Source: Candidatus Omnitrophota bacterium
GTDB lineage: Bacteria; Omnitrophota; Gorgyraeia; 2-01-FULL-45-10
Direction of reading: 5' to 3'
NCBI GenBank assembly: GCA_023818895.1
Contig: JAMWCX010000002.1
Location: 150,001 to 182,000 of the forward strand
Length of the DNA stretch: 32,000 nucleotides
Shown here: positions 1-8,359 of the stretch, one piece after another
How positions within the stretch are numbered: position 1 is the stretch's first letter
Layout of the letters: every line of letters starts with the position of its first letter
Position numbers and translations under genes: made by a program
Notes under the pieces: generated by a model
Database searches by the model: none
What the model saw: the letters and a program-made list of their open reading frames with translations, nothing else
Told to the model about the DNA's origin: nothing

Positions 1-401
1 CAACGGCCTTTCTCGTATAATAAGGAGGTGCTAACTCCATCGAATTTAAGCTCCACGACATATTCGACCTGCTGGCCTCTAAGGTTCTTTTTTACCCTCT
101 CATCGAACTGCCTTAGCTCATCCTCAGAATACGTATTATCCAGACTCGTCATTGGCGCAATATGCCTGACGACGGCGAACCCTTTTGTCAGCTCGCCACC
201 CACCCTCTGGGTGGGTGAATCCGAGGTTATGAGTTCGGGGTGCGCCTCCTCCAGCTTCTTGAGTCTTTGATAAAGCCTGTCATATTCCTCGTCCGATATC
301 TCTGGTTTATTCAATACATAATAAAGCCTGTCATGCCTTGTTATCTGGTTCCTAAGCGTTTCTATTTCTTTTCTGAGCTGGTCCATATCCTTTGACGCCA
401 T
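1..401 (-). CDS. ligA: NAD-dependent DNA ligase LigA, N-terminal part (continues beyond the window start)
   Basis: Not in the ORF track because the frame is open at the window edge. The minus-strand translation from the ATG at 399-401 reads MASKDMDQLRKEIETLRNQITRHDRLYYVLNKPEISDEEYDRLYQRLKKLEEAHPELITSDSPTQRVGG...VVELKFDGVS. This is the typical LigA Ia domain followed by the KxDG adenylation motif. The start lies 2 nt after the stop of the upstream gene. Confidence 0.85.
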   Translation of the reverse strand, partial: MASKDMDQLRKEIETLRNQITRHDRLYYVLNKPEISDEEYDRLYQRLKKLEEAHPELITSDSPTQRVGGELTKGFAVVRHIAPMTSLDNTYSEDELRQFDERVKKNLRGQQVEYVVELKFDGVSTSLLYEKGR

Positions 402-403
402 AG

Positions 404-1132
404 TTATCTTCCCTCTGCAAGCCTTGTTGCCAACCAGGCCGGCAGGCCGGCTTTAAGTATTTTTTCCTGCGCCCTTTCAACATCGTATATTATCCTTCTT
501 ATTTCAACTGTATTATCCTCATCGTCGTAGATGACATAAGAAGCCCGGGGATCTCCATCGCGCGGCTGCCCGACACTGCCCACGTTAACGACATACTTTT
601 TGTTGCCCTCTATCTTCACTTTAACGGCGGGAACTCGGATTGCGCCGTCGCTCTCAAGTATAAATATAGCCGGATAATGGGAATGACCCACAAAACAGAG
701 CGGTGTCCTTGAAAGTCTCATATTTAGGAATGCGTCGTCATCATCGAGGATATAGTTAAACTTCGCCGGCTGGTTAAGAGAGCCGTGCACTAAGGTAAAA
801 TTCCCTTCTTCGTGAAATAACACAAATGATTTGAGATAATCCATCTCAGCGGGCTTAAGCATGCGGGCCGTCCAAGCGACGGCCGAGGCCGCATATTCGT
901 TGAAATAATCCATATCAAGAAGGCCCAGCACGCCCCAATCGTGGTTTCCGGCTATTAGAACTTTCGGAGCAAGGGACTTCATCTTTATTATGCATTCGTG
1001 TGGATCGGCGCCGTATCCCACAAGATCACCGATGAATAGACAAGCATCCAGACGTTCCTTCGTAAGAGCCGCGCATACAGCGTCAAACGCTTCGAGATTA
1101 CTGTGAATGTCGGATAAAATACCGTAACGCAC
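404..1132 (-). CDS. Metallophosphoesterase family protein (calcineurin-like, YfcE/ApaH-like)
   Basis: Contains the metallophosphoesterase motifs SDIHSN, GDLVGYG, GNHD and GHSH. It uses a GTG start. Confidence 0.8.
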   Translation of the reverse strand: MRYGILSDIHSNLEAFDAVCAALTKERLDACLFIGDLVGYGADPHECIIKMKSLAPKVLIAGNHDWGVLGLLDMDYFNEYAASAVAWTARMLKPAEMDYLKSFVLFHEEGNFTLVHGSLNQPAKFNYILDDDDAFLNMRLSRTPLCFVGHSHYPAIFILESDGAIRVPAVKVKIEGNKKYVVNVGSVGQPRDGDPRASYVIYDDEDNTVEIRRIIYDVERAQEKILKAGLPAWLATRLAEGR

Positions 1133-1138
1133 GATATA

Positions 1139-1441
1139 TCAGTCCACCCTTATATCGAAGCCGCTAAAATCCCCTGACGCCTCACTCCATTCGATATCGA
1201 CATTTCTGATATAAGCCTTGAATATCGAGCCCAGTTTTTCGAGAAAATCCTTAAGCACCTCTTCCTTACCCTCGCACAGGATCTCGACCCGGCCGTCCTT
1301 GAGATTTTTGACCCAGCCGTCTATTCCCAGCGATCCGGCTATCCTCTCAGCCGTAAACCTGAAACCGACGCCTTGTACCCATCCCGAATAATACGCGTGG
1401 AGCCTTTTATTCATACCTGTCTTCTTCATAGCCATCAACAT
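1139..1441 (-). CDS. acyP: Acylphosphatase
   Basis: Has the acylphosphatase signature YYSGWVQGVGFRF followed by GWVKNLKDGRVE. The size is about 90-100 aa. The true start may be an internal Met (M5 or M10). Confidence 0.85.
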   Translation of the reverse strand: MLMAMKKTGMNKRLHAYYSGWVQGVGFRFTAERIAGSLGIDGWVKNLKDGRVEILCEGKEEVLKDFLEKLGSIFKAYIRNVDIEWSEASGDFSGFDIRVD

Positions 1442-1456
1442 CCTTGAAGGAAAAAT

Positions 1457-3151
1457 TTACTTCAGCCCTGTCACGCCTTCCTGCGCCAGCAACTCTATAA
1501 AATTATTGGGAACCCTAAAACCCATCTCCTTAAGGCGCCTGACACAATACGCCGCTTTGTCAAAACGCTTCTGTTCATAATAATAGATAGCCAAGTTTTT
1601 ATAAGCGTGCACATTTGCCGGATTGATCGACACAGCTTTGTTCCACATATTTTCAGCCTCTTTTAATCTTCCGGTCTTGTAATAAATAACGCCCAGCTCA
1701 AGATGTGCGATGTCGTAGCCAGGATATGCCGCTATTGTCTTCTTCATCTGTCTTTCGGCTTCAGAAATCATGCCTTTGGAGTAGTAAATAGCACCTAGAC
1801 CGTATATAGCCCCTGGTTCCAACGGATCGAGCTGGAGGCATTTTCTGTATTCTGACTCTGCCTCCTCGCCCATGCCGTCGTCAGCATACGCGATAGCAAG
1901 CGCCAGATGCGCAAACGAGGAGCGAGGAGAGGTGCGGACAGCATTACGCCAAAAAGCAAACTTATCAGCAAAGTTATCCATATGCCTGAAGGTAAGAAAA
2001 GAGAAAAGCGCTATCACGATCAAGGCGCATGATCGCATCAACATCTTATGCTTATCAAGAAAAGCGACGGTGTCTGTCTCGCACAAGATGACTATGCAAC
2101 CTATAATAGGCACATACAGGCGGTGTTCCAGAAAATCAGCGACAAGCCTTGTATTCGCCCTTATCAAAGAAGGTAGCAGGAACATCACCGCCCATGCCGC
2201 CCCGAATATCATCATATCCTTGCGGCCATGGCGGCTCATAAAAACGGCGGCCGCTAGCAGCGCCGCGGCCGCTATCCCATACGCCATAGTCGTATCTGCT
2301 ATTATAGGAAAGACTGAGAGATTGAATGGGAAAAATACCTTGCCCAGGAACTGAAGCACCGCTGGAAGATACGCCGCTATCAGAGAACCCATCTCGTAAA
2401 AATTCATAACCTTTGAATTCTGCACAGCCTGCTCTCTGAACAGGAACCATACTATTCCTATGCCAGTCCAGCCGCTTATGAGGGCGACCGTGCGGCGCGA
2501 AAAAAGCGACTCCTTCGCAACAAGCCGCATATAGAGAAGAGATAATGGCGCAAGCACTAGGGCCGTCTCTTTGGTAAAAAGCGCGAGCGCGAAAAAAAAC
2601 ATATGAGCCGCATATGATACCTGTTTCCTATTTCTCAGGAACACAATAAAAAAAATGGTCGAGGCGAGAACGAAAACAGCCAACATAGTATCGTTACGCC
2701 CCGGAAGCCAGGCGACACCTTGCGAGAGGGCCGGATGGACCGCGAAAATAACACTAAAGAAAAAGGACAATTCCCTGCCGTAGCCCAAATTCTTCAGAAA
2801 AAGAAAAAGGAGGCAGGATGCGGCGATGTGTATCGCGATATTCGTAATGTGATAAAATAAGAGCGAGTTTTCCGCAAACTGCGCATCTAACATAAGCGAA
2901 ATAGTAAGTAAGGGACGATAGTAAGGAAGATAACTTTTAGGAAAAACTTTAATCCAAAAAGCGCTCCATATATTCGATAGATCCTTGAGAAATTCGATAT
3001 TTCTCATGATAAGTATATTATCATCAAGATAGGTGTATCCGTACCAAAGAGATTTGGAGTAAAGCATAACGATAACTGCCGCTATCCACAAGTAAGGACG
3101 CATGCCCTTAAGGAACAATTTATCAAAAATAGCCTCGTCACCGAAACTCAT
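1457..3151 (-). CDS. Polytopic membrane protein with C-terminal TPR repeats, GT-C/TMTC-like putative glycosyltransferase (paralog 1)
   Basis: The N-terminal ~400 aa are multi-pass hydrophobic. They carry a YLDD motif in the first loop, then YYRPLLT, HPALSQGVAWLPGRND and FTKETA blocks. The C-terminal ~170 aa hold TPR-like repeats (AxxYxxAL/GxxYY patterns). The ATGA start/stop overlaps the upstream paralog. Confidence 0.7.
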   Translation of the reverse strand: MSFGDEAIFDKLFLKGMRPYLWIAAVIVMLYSKSLWYGYTYLDDNILIMRNIEFLKDLSNIWSAFWIKVFPKSYLPYYRPLLTISLMLDAQFAENSLLFYHITNIAIHIAASCLLFLFLKNLGYGRELSFFFSVIFAVHPALSQGVAWLPGRNDTMLAVFVLASTIFFIVFLRNRKQVSYAAHMFFFALALFTKETALVLAPLSLLYMRLVAKESLFSRRTVALISGWTGIGIVWFLFREQAVQNSKVMNFYEMGSLIAAYLPAVLQFLGKVFFPFNLSVFPIIADTTMAYGIAAAALLAAAVFMSRHGRKDMMIFGAAWAVMFLLPSLIRANTRLVADFLEHRLYVPIIGCIVILCETDTVAFLDKHKMLMRSCALIVIALFSFLTFRHMDNFADKFAFWRNAVRTSPRSSFAHLALAIAYADDGMGEEAESEYRKCLQLDPLEPGAIYGLGAIYYSKGMISEAERQMKKTIAAYPGYDIAHLELGVIYYKTGRLKEAENMWNKAVSINPANVHAYKNLAIYYYEQKRFDKAAYCVRRLKEMGFRVPNNFIELLAQEGVTGLK

Positions 3152-4854
3152 GGCTTGCCCCTCTCTTCAAGACCGATATCACCTATTGCCTTCAAAAATT
3201 CAGCCGGTGGCTCAACGCCCAGTTGCCTGAGCCTATCTACATAGAAATGGGCCGCCTTAAAATCCCTCTGCTCTGCACAGAATATAGCAAGGTTACGCAG
3301 GGCGGTGACTTCGTCTGGCTTCAACTTAATAGCTTTTATCCACATTTGAGCGGCCTCTTTCAGCCTTCCCTGCCTATAGTAGACCGTGCCGAGACTTACA
3401 TAAGACGGATAATTGGCATCGCATGCCGCTATCGCCCGCCTGAACTCAAACTCCGCCTTTTCTAACTCATTTCTTGCCAGGAATACATGACCCAGTCCAG
3501 CATAGGAAGCGGGCTGTATCCTTTCCAGTTTCACGGCCTTTTGATACTCGGCTTCAGCCTTATCAAGAAGGCCGGCTTCGTAATACATGTAACCAAGCTT
3601 CAGATGGGTAAGCCAAGAATGCGGCGCAGTAGCCGCGGAGTTCTCCCAATAAGCAAGTCTGTTCCTGAAGTTCTCCGCATGGCGCAAATTTATGGCCGCA
3701 AAAATTAACAACGCCAGGCCGCAGGCAATGATCGACGTTTTTTTCTTATCCATATTCTTAAAAAAATCTACCTCACCAAAAACTACGAGCATGCCTATCA
3801 TAGGCAGATACATCCTATGTTCCTGAAAGTCATGGACAAGGCCCGCCGAGATGCGGACAAAAGACGGCGCCAGGAAAAAGCCGAACCACAAGAGCCCAAA
3901 TGTGATAAAAGACAGGCGCTTTTGCCTTGAGCGCCATATCGCAAATGATACCAACGCCAAAACTATAAAGCCATATATGAATGTCGTATCCCGCATTATG
4001 GGAAATACCGACAGGTTGAAAGGCAGCACGATCTTACCGATATACTGTATTACGGCCGGGGAGCTCACGAAAAGCGCGCCAAGCAACCCTTCAAGAGACG
4101 AGCCGAACGACCCTTCCAGCGCTATTTGCCTTACCACAAGCCAGATGTCGGTAATGATGAGCCACCCTAGAAAAAACTTTTTGGCCTCGCCGGATGCAAG
4201 ATCCTTATGTCCTATGAGCTTTGCGTAGAGAAAACATATGGGGACAAGCGCTATCGCGGTTTCTTTGGTAAAAAGGGCCAGTACGAAAAACATAAGATGC
4301 AATACCCATAGATAAAGAGACCGTGTTCTGGTTTCTAAGTATTTTTTAAAGCATATAAATGATGCAAGCACAAAGACGGTCAAAAGTGAATCATTTCTTC
4401 CTGGTATCCACGCGACGGCCTGGACTAGCGCAGGATGAATGGAGAAGAAGACTGTAAAAAACAGGCTCTGCAGCCGACCGAACCCGAACGCCAAAAGCAG
4501 CCAAAAGACCATGCAGCATACCACTGAATGGATCAGAATATTCACCGCATGATAAGAAAATGGATTTGCGCCTCCTATCTTGGAGTTGAGGATAAAAGTA
4601 ACCGTAAGCAGAGGCCGATAATAAGGCGCAAGGATTTTTGGAAATACTCTGCTCATGAAGGCTTGAGGTATGTTTGAAAGTTCAGAAATAAAATCGTAAT
4701 TATCAAGAATAAGCTCTTTATCGTCAAGGTACGTAAAGTCGAAAAAAAGGGTCTTAGCATAGATGGCCCATATTATGAGAACAACCCAGACGTAGGGATG
4801 CCAGCGGAAAAGAAAGATGTCTTCTAGTTGGGAACGCCTATTAACTGTCTGCAT
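3148..4854 (-). CDS. Polytopic membrane protein with C-terminal TPR repeats, GT-C/TMTC-like putative glycosyltransferase (paralog 2)
   Basis: Same architecture and same conserved blocks as 1457-3151: YLDD, YYRPLLT, HPALVQAVAWIPGRND, FTKETA, EHRMYLP. The C-terminus has TPR repeats. Confidence 0.7.
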   Translation of the reverse strand: MQTVNRRSQLEDIFLFRWHPYVWVVLIIWAIYAKTLFFDFTYLDDKELILDNYDFISELSNIPQAFMSRVFPKILAPYYRPLLTVTFILNSKIGGANPFSYHAVNILIHSVVCCMVFWLLLAFGFGRLQSLFFTVFFSIHPALVQAVAWIPGRNDSLLTVFVLASFICFKKYLETRTRSLYLWVLHLMFFVLALFTKETAIALVPICFLYAKLIGHKDLASGEAKKFFLGWLIITDIWLVVRQIALEGSFGSSLEGLLGALFVSSPAVIQYIGKIVLPFNLSVFPIMRDTTFIYGFIVLALVSFAIWRSRQKRLSFITFGLLWFGFFLAPSFVRISAGLVHDFQEHRMYLPMIGMLVVFGEVDFFKNMDKKKTSIIACGLALLIFAAINLRHAENFRNRLAYWENSAATAPHSWLTHLKLGYMYYEAGLLDKAEAEYQKAVKLERIQPASYAGLGHVFLARNELEKAEFEFRRAIAACDANYPSYVSLGTVYYRQGRLKEAAQMWIKAIKLKPDEVTALRNLAIFCAEQRDFKAAHFYVDRLRQLGVEPPAEFLKAIGDIGLEERGKP

Positions 4855-5009
4855 GAGTGGATGTGTCCTACAAAGCTACTCGATTCTGTTTATGCAAGCA
4901 GAGTAGGATGGCCTGCCCTTCTATCTCATTTTATATAAAGAAGATAGCGTTCGGCACGCTCATCCGCCGTAGGATATTTACCTTGAATAACCCAATACAC
5001 AACGACGGA

Positions 5010-5087
5010 TGGTCGGGGCGGGCGGATTTGAACCGCCGACCTCTTGGTCCCGAACCAAGCGCGCTAAGCCAACTGCGCTACGCCCCG
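5010..5087 (-). tRNA. tRNA-Pro (anticodon CGG), CCA end encoded
   Basis: I folded the cloverleaf by hand. The minus-strand sequence is CGGGGCG-TA-GCGC-AGTTGGCTTA-GCGC-G-CTTGG-TTCGGGA-CCAAG-AGGTC-GGCGG-TTCAAAT-CCGCC-CGCCCCG-A-CCA. It has a 7-bp acceptor stem, 4-bp D stem, 5-bp anticodon stem with CGG at positions 34-36, and a T arm with a TTCAAAT loop. Confidence 0.92.
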
Positions 5088-5249
5088 AAGAAAAGCTTTA
5101 GTGTGGCGATGCGTCCCACAAGACAAATTGTGAGAGATTATCATTTTTCATAAAGCAATATTGCGAGACTGCGCTACGCCCATATGAATTTGCGTAAGTA
5201 TGCTAGTTAACATAATATATTATCATACGATTAGGTGCATACAAATAAA

Positions 5250-5300
5250 ATTTTCTGAAATAAACGCCCCGAGGCGCGTTGACCACCCCGGGGCAGTGGC
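5250..5300 (-). terminator. Probable intrinsic terminator downstream of the 5321-5692 gene
   Basis: The minus strand has two consecutive GC-rich hairpins, CCACTGCCCCGGGGTGG and AACGCGCCTCGGGGCGTT. The second is followed by the T-rich tract TATTTCAGAAAATTTTATTT. Confidence 0.5.
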
Positions 5301-5320
5301 GACAAAAACTTCCGATTGTG

Positions 5321-5692
5321 CTAGTAGGTTTCCTGCTCGAAGAAGAATTCAGGGTCAGTAATTATAGGCCTATACCCTTCTGGTATGGGCAAAGGAAAGC
5401 TTAATATTTCGTAGGCACCTATGAGAGCCCTGTATACGCTCATCGTTAAACCCTTAACCACTCCGACCGTAAAAGCCGCATATGGGCCATCGCTCTTATT
5501 GGCCTCGCCTATCCTGTACGGTATCTCATAAGGGAAAGTCAAGAAATTGGCTGCTCCCCGCCCGAGTTTCTTCAATGGGCCGCCGTCATCGCTGGCTTTT
5601 TTGACTGGCGCGCAGACAGCACCGTAACTATATGAAATGACACCTACTATAAATAAGAAAGAAATCGCTATGCTTAAAACCTTTTTTGCCAT
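5321..5692 (-). CDS. Small secreted protein resembling the exosortase-system-associated TIGR04073 family
   Basis: It has an N-terminal signal peptide (MAKKVLSIAISFLFIVGVISYSYGA). This is followed by KLGRGAANFLTFPYEIP, GLTMSVYRALIGAYEILSFPLPIPEGYRP and a C-terminal DPEFFF. This matches the motif layout I recall for TIGR04073. A strong RBS (AAGGAGG) is present. Confidence 0.55.
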   Translation of the reverse strand: MAKKVLSIAISFLFIVGVISYSYGAVCAPVKKASDDGGPLKKLGRGAANFLTFPYEIPYRIGEANKSDGPYAAFTVGVVKGLTMSVYRALIGAYEILSFPLPIPEGYRPIITDPEFFFEQETY

Positions 5693-5749
5693 CTCTGCCT
5701 CCTTTTTTATAAATATAACATGAAGAAACTACCTTTTCAAGACACAATG

Positions 5750-6385
5750 TCAGAACCCATGCTCTCTAAGAAACTGCTCACTTATTCTGGTGCCGCTTTT
5801 AGGCATGCCGAATTTCATAATATATTTACCTATTATATCAAACTCCAGGTTGACTTCATCGCCGCGCTTCCGTAAGCCCAGAGTTGTTGCCCGCAAAGTA
5901 TGCGGTATTAGATAGACACTAAAAAGGCCCTTTTCAATATCTGTTACCGTAAGGCTGACACCATCAACGGCTATCGAACCTTTCTCGACGACAAGGCCTG
6001 TAAACTCTTCCGAAAAAGATATCGTCATAATGCGGTCTTGTCCGCTTTCTTTCATTTCTTTAACAATCCCTACGCAATCGACATGTCCCAGCACAAAATG
6101 ACCGCCCAGCCTACCATCCGCCTTAAGCGCGCACTCCAGATTTACAGCGTCCTTCGGTTTCAGCCGGCCAAGGCTTGTCTTCCTCATAGTTTCGGCCATA
6201 GCATCGAAAAGCATAGCGTCCTTCTTTTTAGCGGTGACGGTAAGGCACACTCCATTTACGGAAACGCTATCGCCTATAAAAGATTCGGTGAAAACTTTTT
6301 TAGAACATACCTCGATATTATAGATATTTTCCGATCTCTCAAAACTGTTAATAGAACCTATTTCCTGAACTATGCCGGTGAACAC
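5750..6385 (-). CDS. ribE: Riboflavin synthase (alpha chain)
   Basis: Starts with the canonical MFTGIVQEIG N-terminus. The lumazine-binding repeat is duplicated (GDSVSVNGVCLTV and GSIAVDGVSLTV). Confidence 0.92.
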   Translation of the reverse strand: MFTGIVQEIGSINSFERSENIYNIEVCSKKVFTESFIGDSVSVNGVCLTVTAKKKDAMLFDAMAETMRKTSLGRLKPKDAVNLECALKADGRLGGHFVLGHVDCVGIVKEMKESGQDRIMTISFSEEFTGLVVEKGSIAVDGVSLTVTDIEKGLFSVYLIPHTLRATTLGLRKRGDEVNLEFDIIGKYIMKFGMPKSGTRISEQFLREHGF

Positions 6386-7470
6386 CGCTCCACCTCTAAC
6401 AAGACATCCTTTTTGAACCTTTTTATCTTAATCGAGCCAAACTCTTTTGCTTCTTTTATACTTTCAACACCCCTTCCCTCGACAGATGTTATGGCCGACG
6501 CGCCCCCTATTATCTTGGGTGCGATAAAAAACAGGAACCTATCCGCAAGATTTTCTTCTACCAGGCTTGCAACGATCTCCCCTCCTCCCTCAACCAATAT
6601 GTTGATCATTCCCATGGCAGCCAACCTTCTGAGCAGCTTTTTCAGGTCCACTCTTCCGCTCTTCCCTTCAAAAAAAATAACCTCAACGCCTCTTTTCTCA
6701 TATTTTCGCTTCTTTACAAATGACGCTTTGCTAGTGGTCGCTATAATAACAGGCGATATATCTATCGTAGAGAATATCCTGGCGTTTAACGGCGTCTTAA
6801 GGGCGCTATCAACTATCACTCTGGCCGGCTGCTTGGCGCAACTTAGTTTGCACAAGAGAATCGGATCGTCCTTGAGAACCGTATTTACGCCTACGAGTAT
6901 GGCGTCTACCGACCGCCGCAGCCGATGGACATATCTTCTCGAATCTTCGTCCGTTATCCATCTTGAATCGCCACTCCTTGTAGCGATCTTCCCATCGAGA
7001 GACTGCGCAACCTTTACGGTAACAAAAGGCATCTTCCTCGTCATCGCCTTGATAAACGGCCTATTAATTGCCTTCGCCTCATTGGCCAAAATTCCCACCG
7101 ACGTATTTATGCCGGCGGCTTTTAACTTCTTTATTCCACGGCCGTTGGTTATGGGATTCGGATCCTTCATCGCTATAACGACTTTTCTGATCCCGCTCAT
7201 TATTATGGCCTGCGTGCAGGGCGGCGTCCTGCCGAAATGGTTACACGGCTCCAGCGTCACGTACATCGTGGCACCCTTAGCTAAGAAACCCGCTTCTTTA
7301 AGCGCGTTCACCTCCGCATGAGGAAGGCCGCATTTTTTATGATACCCCTTGCCTACGATCCTGCCGTTTTTCACTATAACGGCCCCAACAGCGGGGTTCG
7401 GACTTGTGTGGCCGATGCCTTTTTTTGCCAGATTAATCGCGACACGCATGTATTTTTCTTGGCCATCCAT
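6370..7470 (-). CDS. ribD: Bifunctional diaminohydroxyphosphoribosylaminopyrimidine deaminase / 5-amino-6-(5-phosphoribosylamino)uracil reductase
   Basis: Has the CMP/dCMP deaminase zinc motifs HAEVNAL and PCNHFGRTPPC, followed by a RibD C-terminal reductase domain. It overlaps ribE by 16 nt. Confidence 0.92.
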   Translation of the reverse strand: MDGQEKYMRVAINLAKKGIGHTSPNPAVGAVIVKNGRIVGKGYHKKCGLPHAEVNALKEAGFLAKGATMYVTLEPCNHFGRTPPCTQAIIMSGIRKVVIAMKDPNPITNGRGIKKLKAAGINTSVGILANEAKAINRPFIKAMTRKMPFVTVKVAQSLDGKIATRSGDSRWITDEDSRRYVHRLRRSVDAILVGVNTVLKDDPILLCKLSCAKQPARVIVDSALKTPLNARIFSTIDISPVIIATTSKASFVKKRKYEKRGVEVIFFEGKSGRVDLKKLLRRLAAMGMINILVEGGGEIVASLVEENLADRFLFFIAPKIIGGASAITSVEGRGVESIKEAKEFGSIKIKRFKKDVLLEVERCSPA

Positions 7471-7513
7471 ACAAAATCCAGAGTATAATATAAGGCTGCG
7501 ACCTAGAAGGTCG

Positions 7514-8359
7514 TTAGCTGGGCCTGTTTTGTTCTTTTCTTATTCTCTGCGCTTCTTCCTTTAACTTCTCAACCACCGTATATGGCACCCTTACCCCACC
7601 AAGAAGCACCCTCCCCTTGCCGAGGCCATGGCAGTCCGAACCTCCTGTTATCAAAAGGCCGAAGTCTTTTGCGAGAGCTTCATAATGTTTGGCTACCGAC
7701 GGCTTATGGTCTGTATGATATACCTCTATGCCCCTTAGGCCGTAGTTAATAAGATCTGGGATGTATTCGTCCCTACCCATGATATGCGGATGTGCCAAAA
7801 CAGGCACACCACCCGTCTTCAATATGGCTCCTATCGCCTCTTGAGGCGAAAATCTGACGTTTGCGACATAGCAGGGCTTCATAAACCCTATATACTTATC
7901 GAAAGCTTCCTGAATAGTCCTTATCTTTTTGGTTCGGAACATGGTCTGGGCAAGATGAAGCCTGCCGACAGTACCCTTGCCCGCGATAGACAGGACATCT
8001 GCCACCTTAACAGGTATGCCTTTGTCATTAAGCTTGCTCACCATCTTACTAAGACGCTCGATACGGGCCTTTCGTATAGCAGCCAACTTCTTCTGCAACC
8101 AATCCGTCTTATAATCCATGAAATAACCGAGTATGTGTATCTCGACATCCGATTTCTCCACAGTAAACTCAATCCCCGGTATTATCTCGATATTCAGTTG
8201 TCTTGCCGCTCTAATACACGGCTCTATGCCTTCGGTGGAATCATGGTCGCAGATCGCCACAGCAGATAATCCTTTATCCTTGGCGCAAGCGACTACCTCT
8301 TCCGGAGAGAAGGTGGAATCGGAATAAAAGGTGTGGACGTGAAGGTCCGCGTATTTCAT
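7514..8359 (-). CDS. PHP-domain phosphoesterase (TrpH/YciV, COG0613-like)
   Basis: Carries the PHP motifs DLHVHTFYSD, ICDHD, LAHP and GGSDCHG. Its ATG shares one nucleotide with the nusB stop codon (TGATG). Confidence 0.8.
   Translation of the reverse strand: MKYADLHVHTFYSDSTFSPEEVVACAKDKGLSAVAICDHDSTEGIEPCIRAARQLNIEIIPGIEFTVEKSDVEIHILGYFMDYKTDWLQKKLAAIRKARIERLSKMVSKLNDKGIPVKVADVLSIAGKGTVGRLHLAQTMFRTKKIRTIQEAFDKYIGFMKPCYVANVRFSPQEAIGAILKTGGVPVLAHPHIMGRDEYIPDLINYGLRGIEVYHTDHKPSVAKHYEALAKDFGLLITGGSDCHGLGKGRVLLGGVRVPYTVVEKLKEEAQRIRKEQNRPS

Noticed and set aside
28-270. An 80-aa plus-strand ORF at the window start.
   Set aside because: It is antisense to the N-terminal coding region of ligA. 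That region was missed by the ORF track only because its frame is open at the window edge. It translates into a textbook LigA Ia domain plus the KxDG motif.
4857-5153. A 98-aa plus-strand ORF in the intergenic region.
   Set aside because: It runs straight through the antisense of a perfectly folding tRNA-Pro gene and has no RBS. The region is explained by the tRNA and by promoter DNA.
5103-5183. A possible second tRNA gene or pseudogene beginning with GGGCGTAGCGCAGT.
   Set aside because: Apart from the 14-nt match to the tRNA-Pro 5' segment, I could not fold a D arm, anticodon arm or T arm with a TTC loop. I report it only as a repeat and not as an RNA gene.
6038-7321. A 427-aa plus-strand ORF, the longest unexplained ORF in the track.
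   Set aside because: It lies entirely antisense to ribE and ribD, whose products have unmistakable conserved motifs. Its translation is low-complexity and rich in S, L, F and I. I see no recognisable motif and no RBS. It is a typical antisense shadow ORF.
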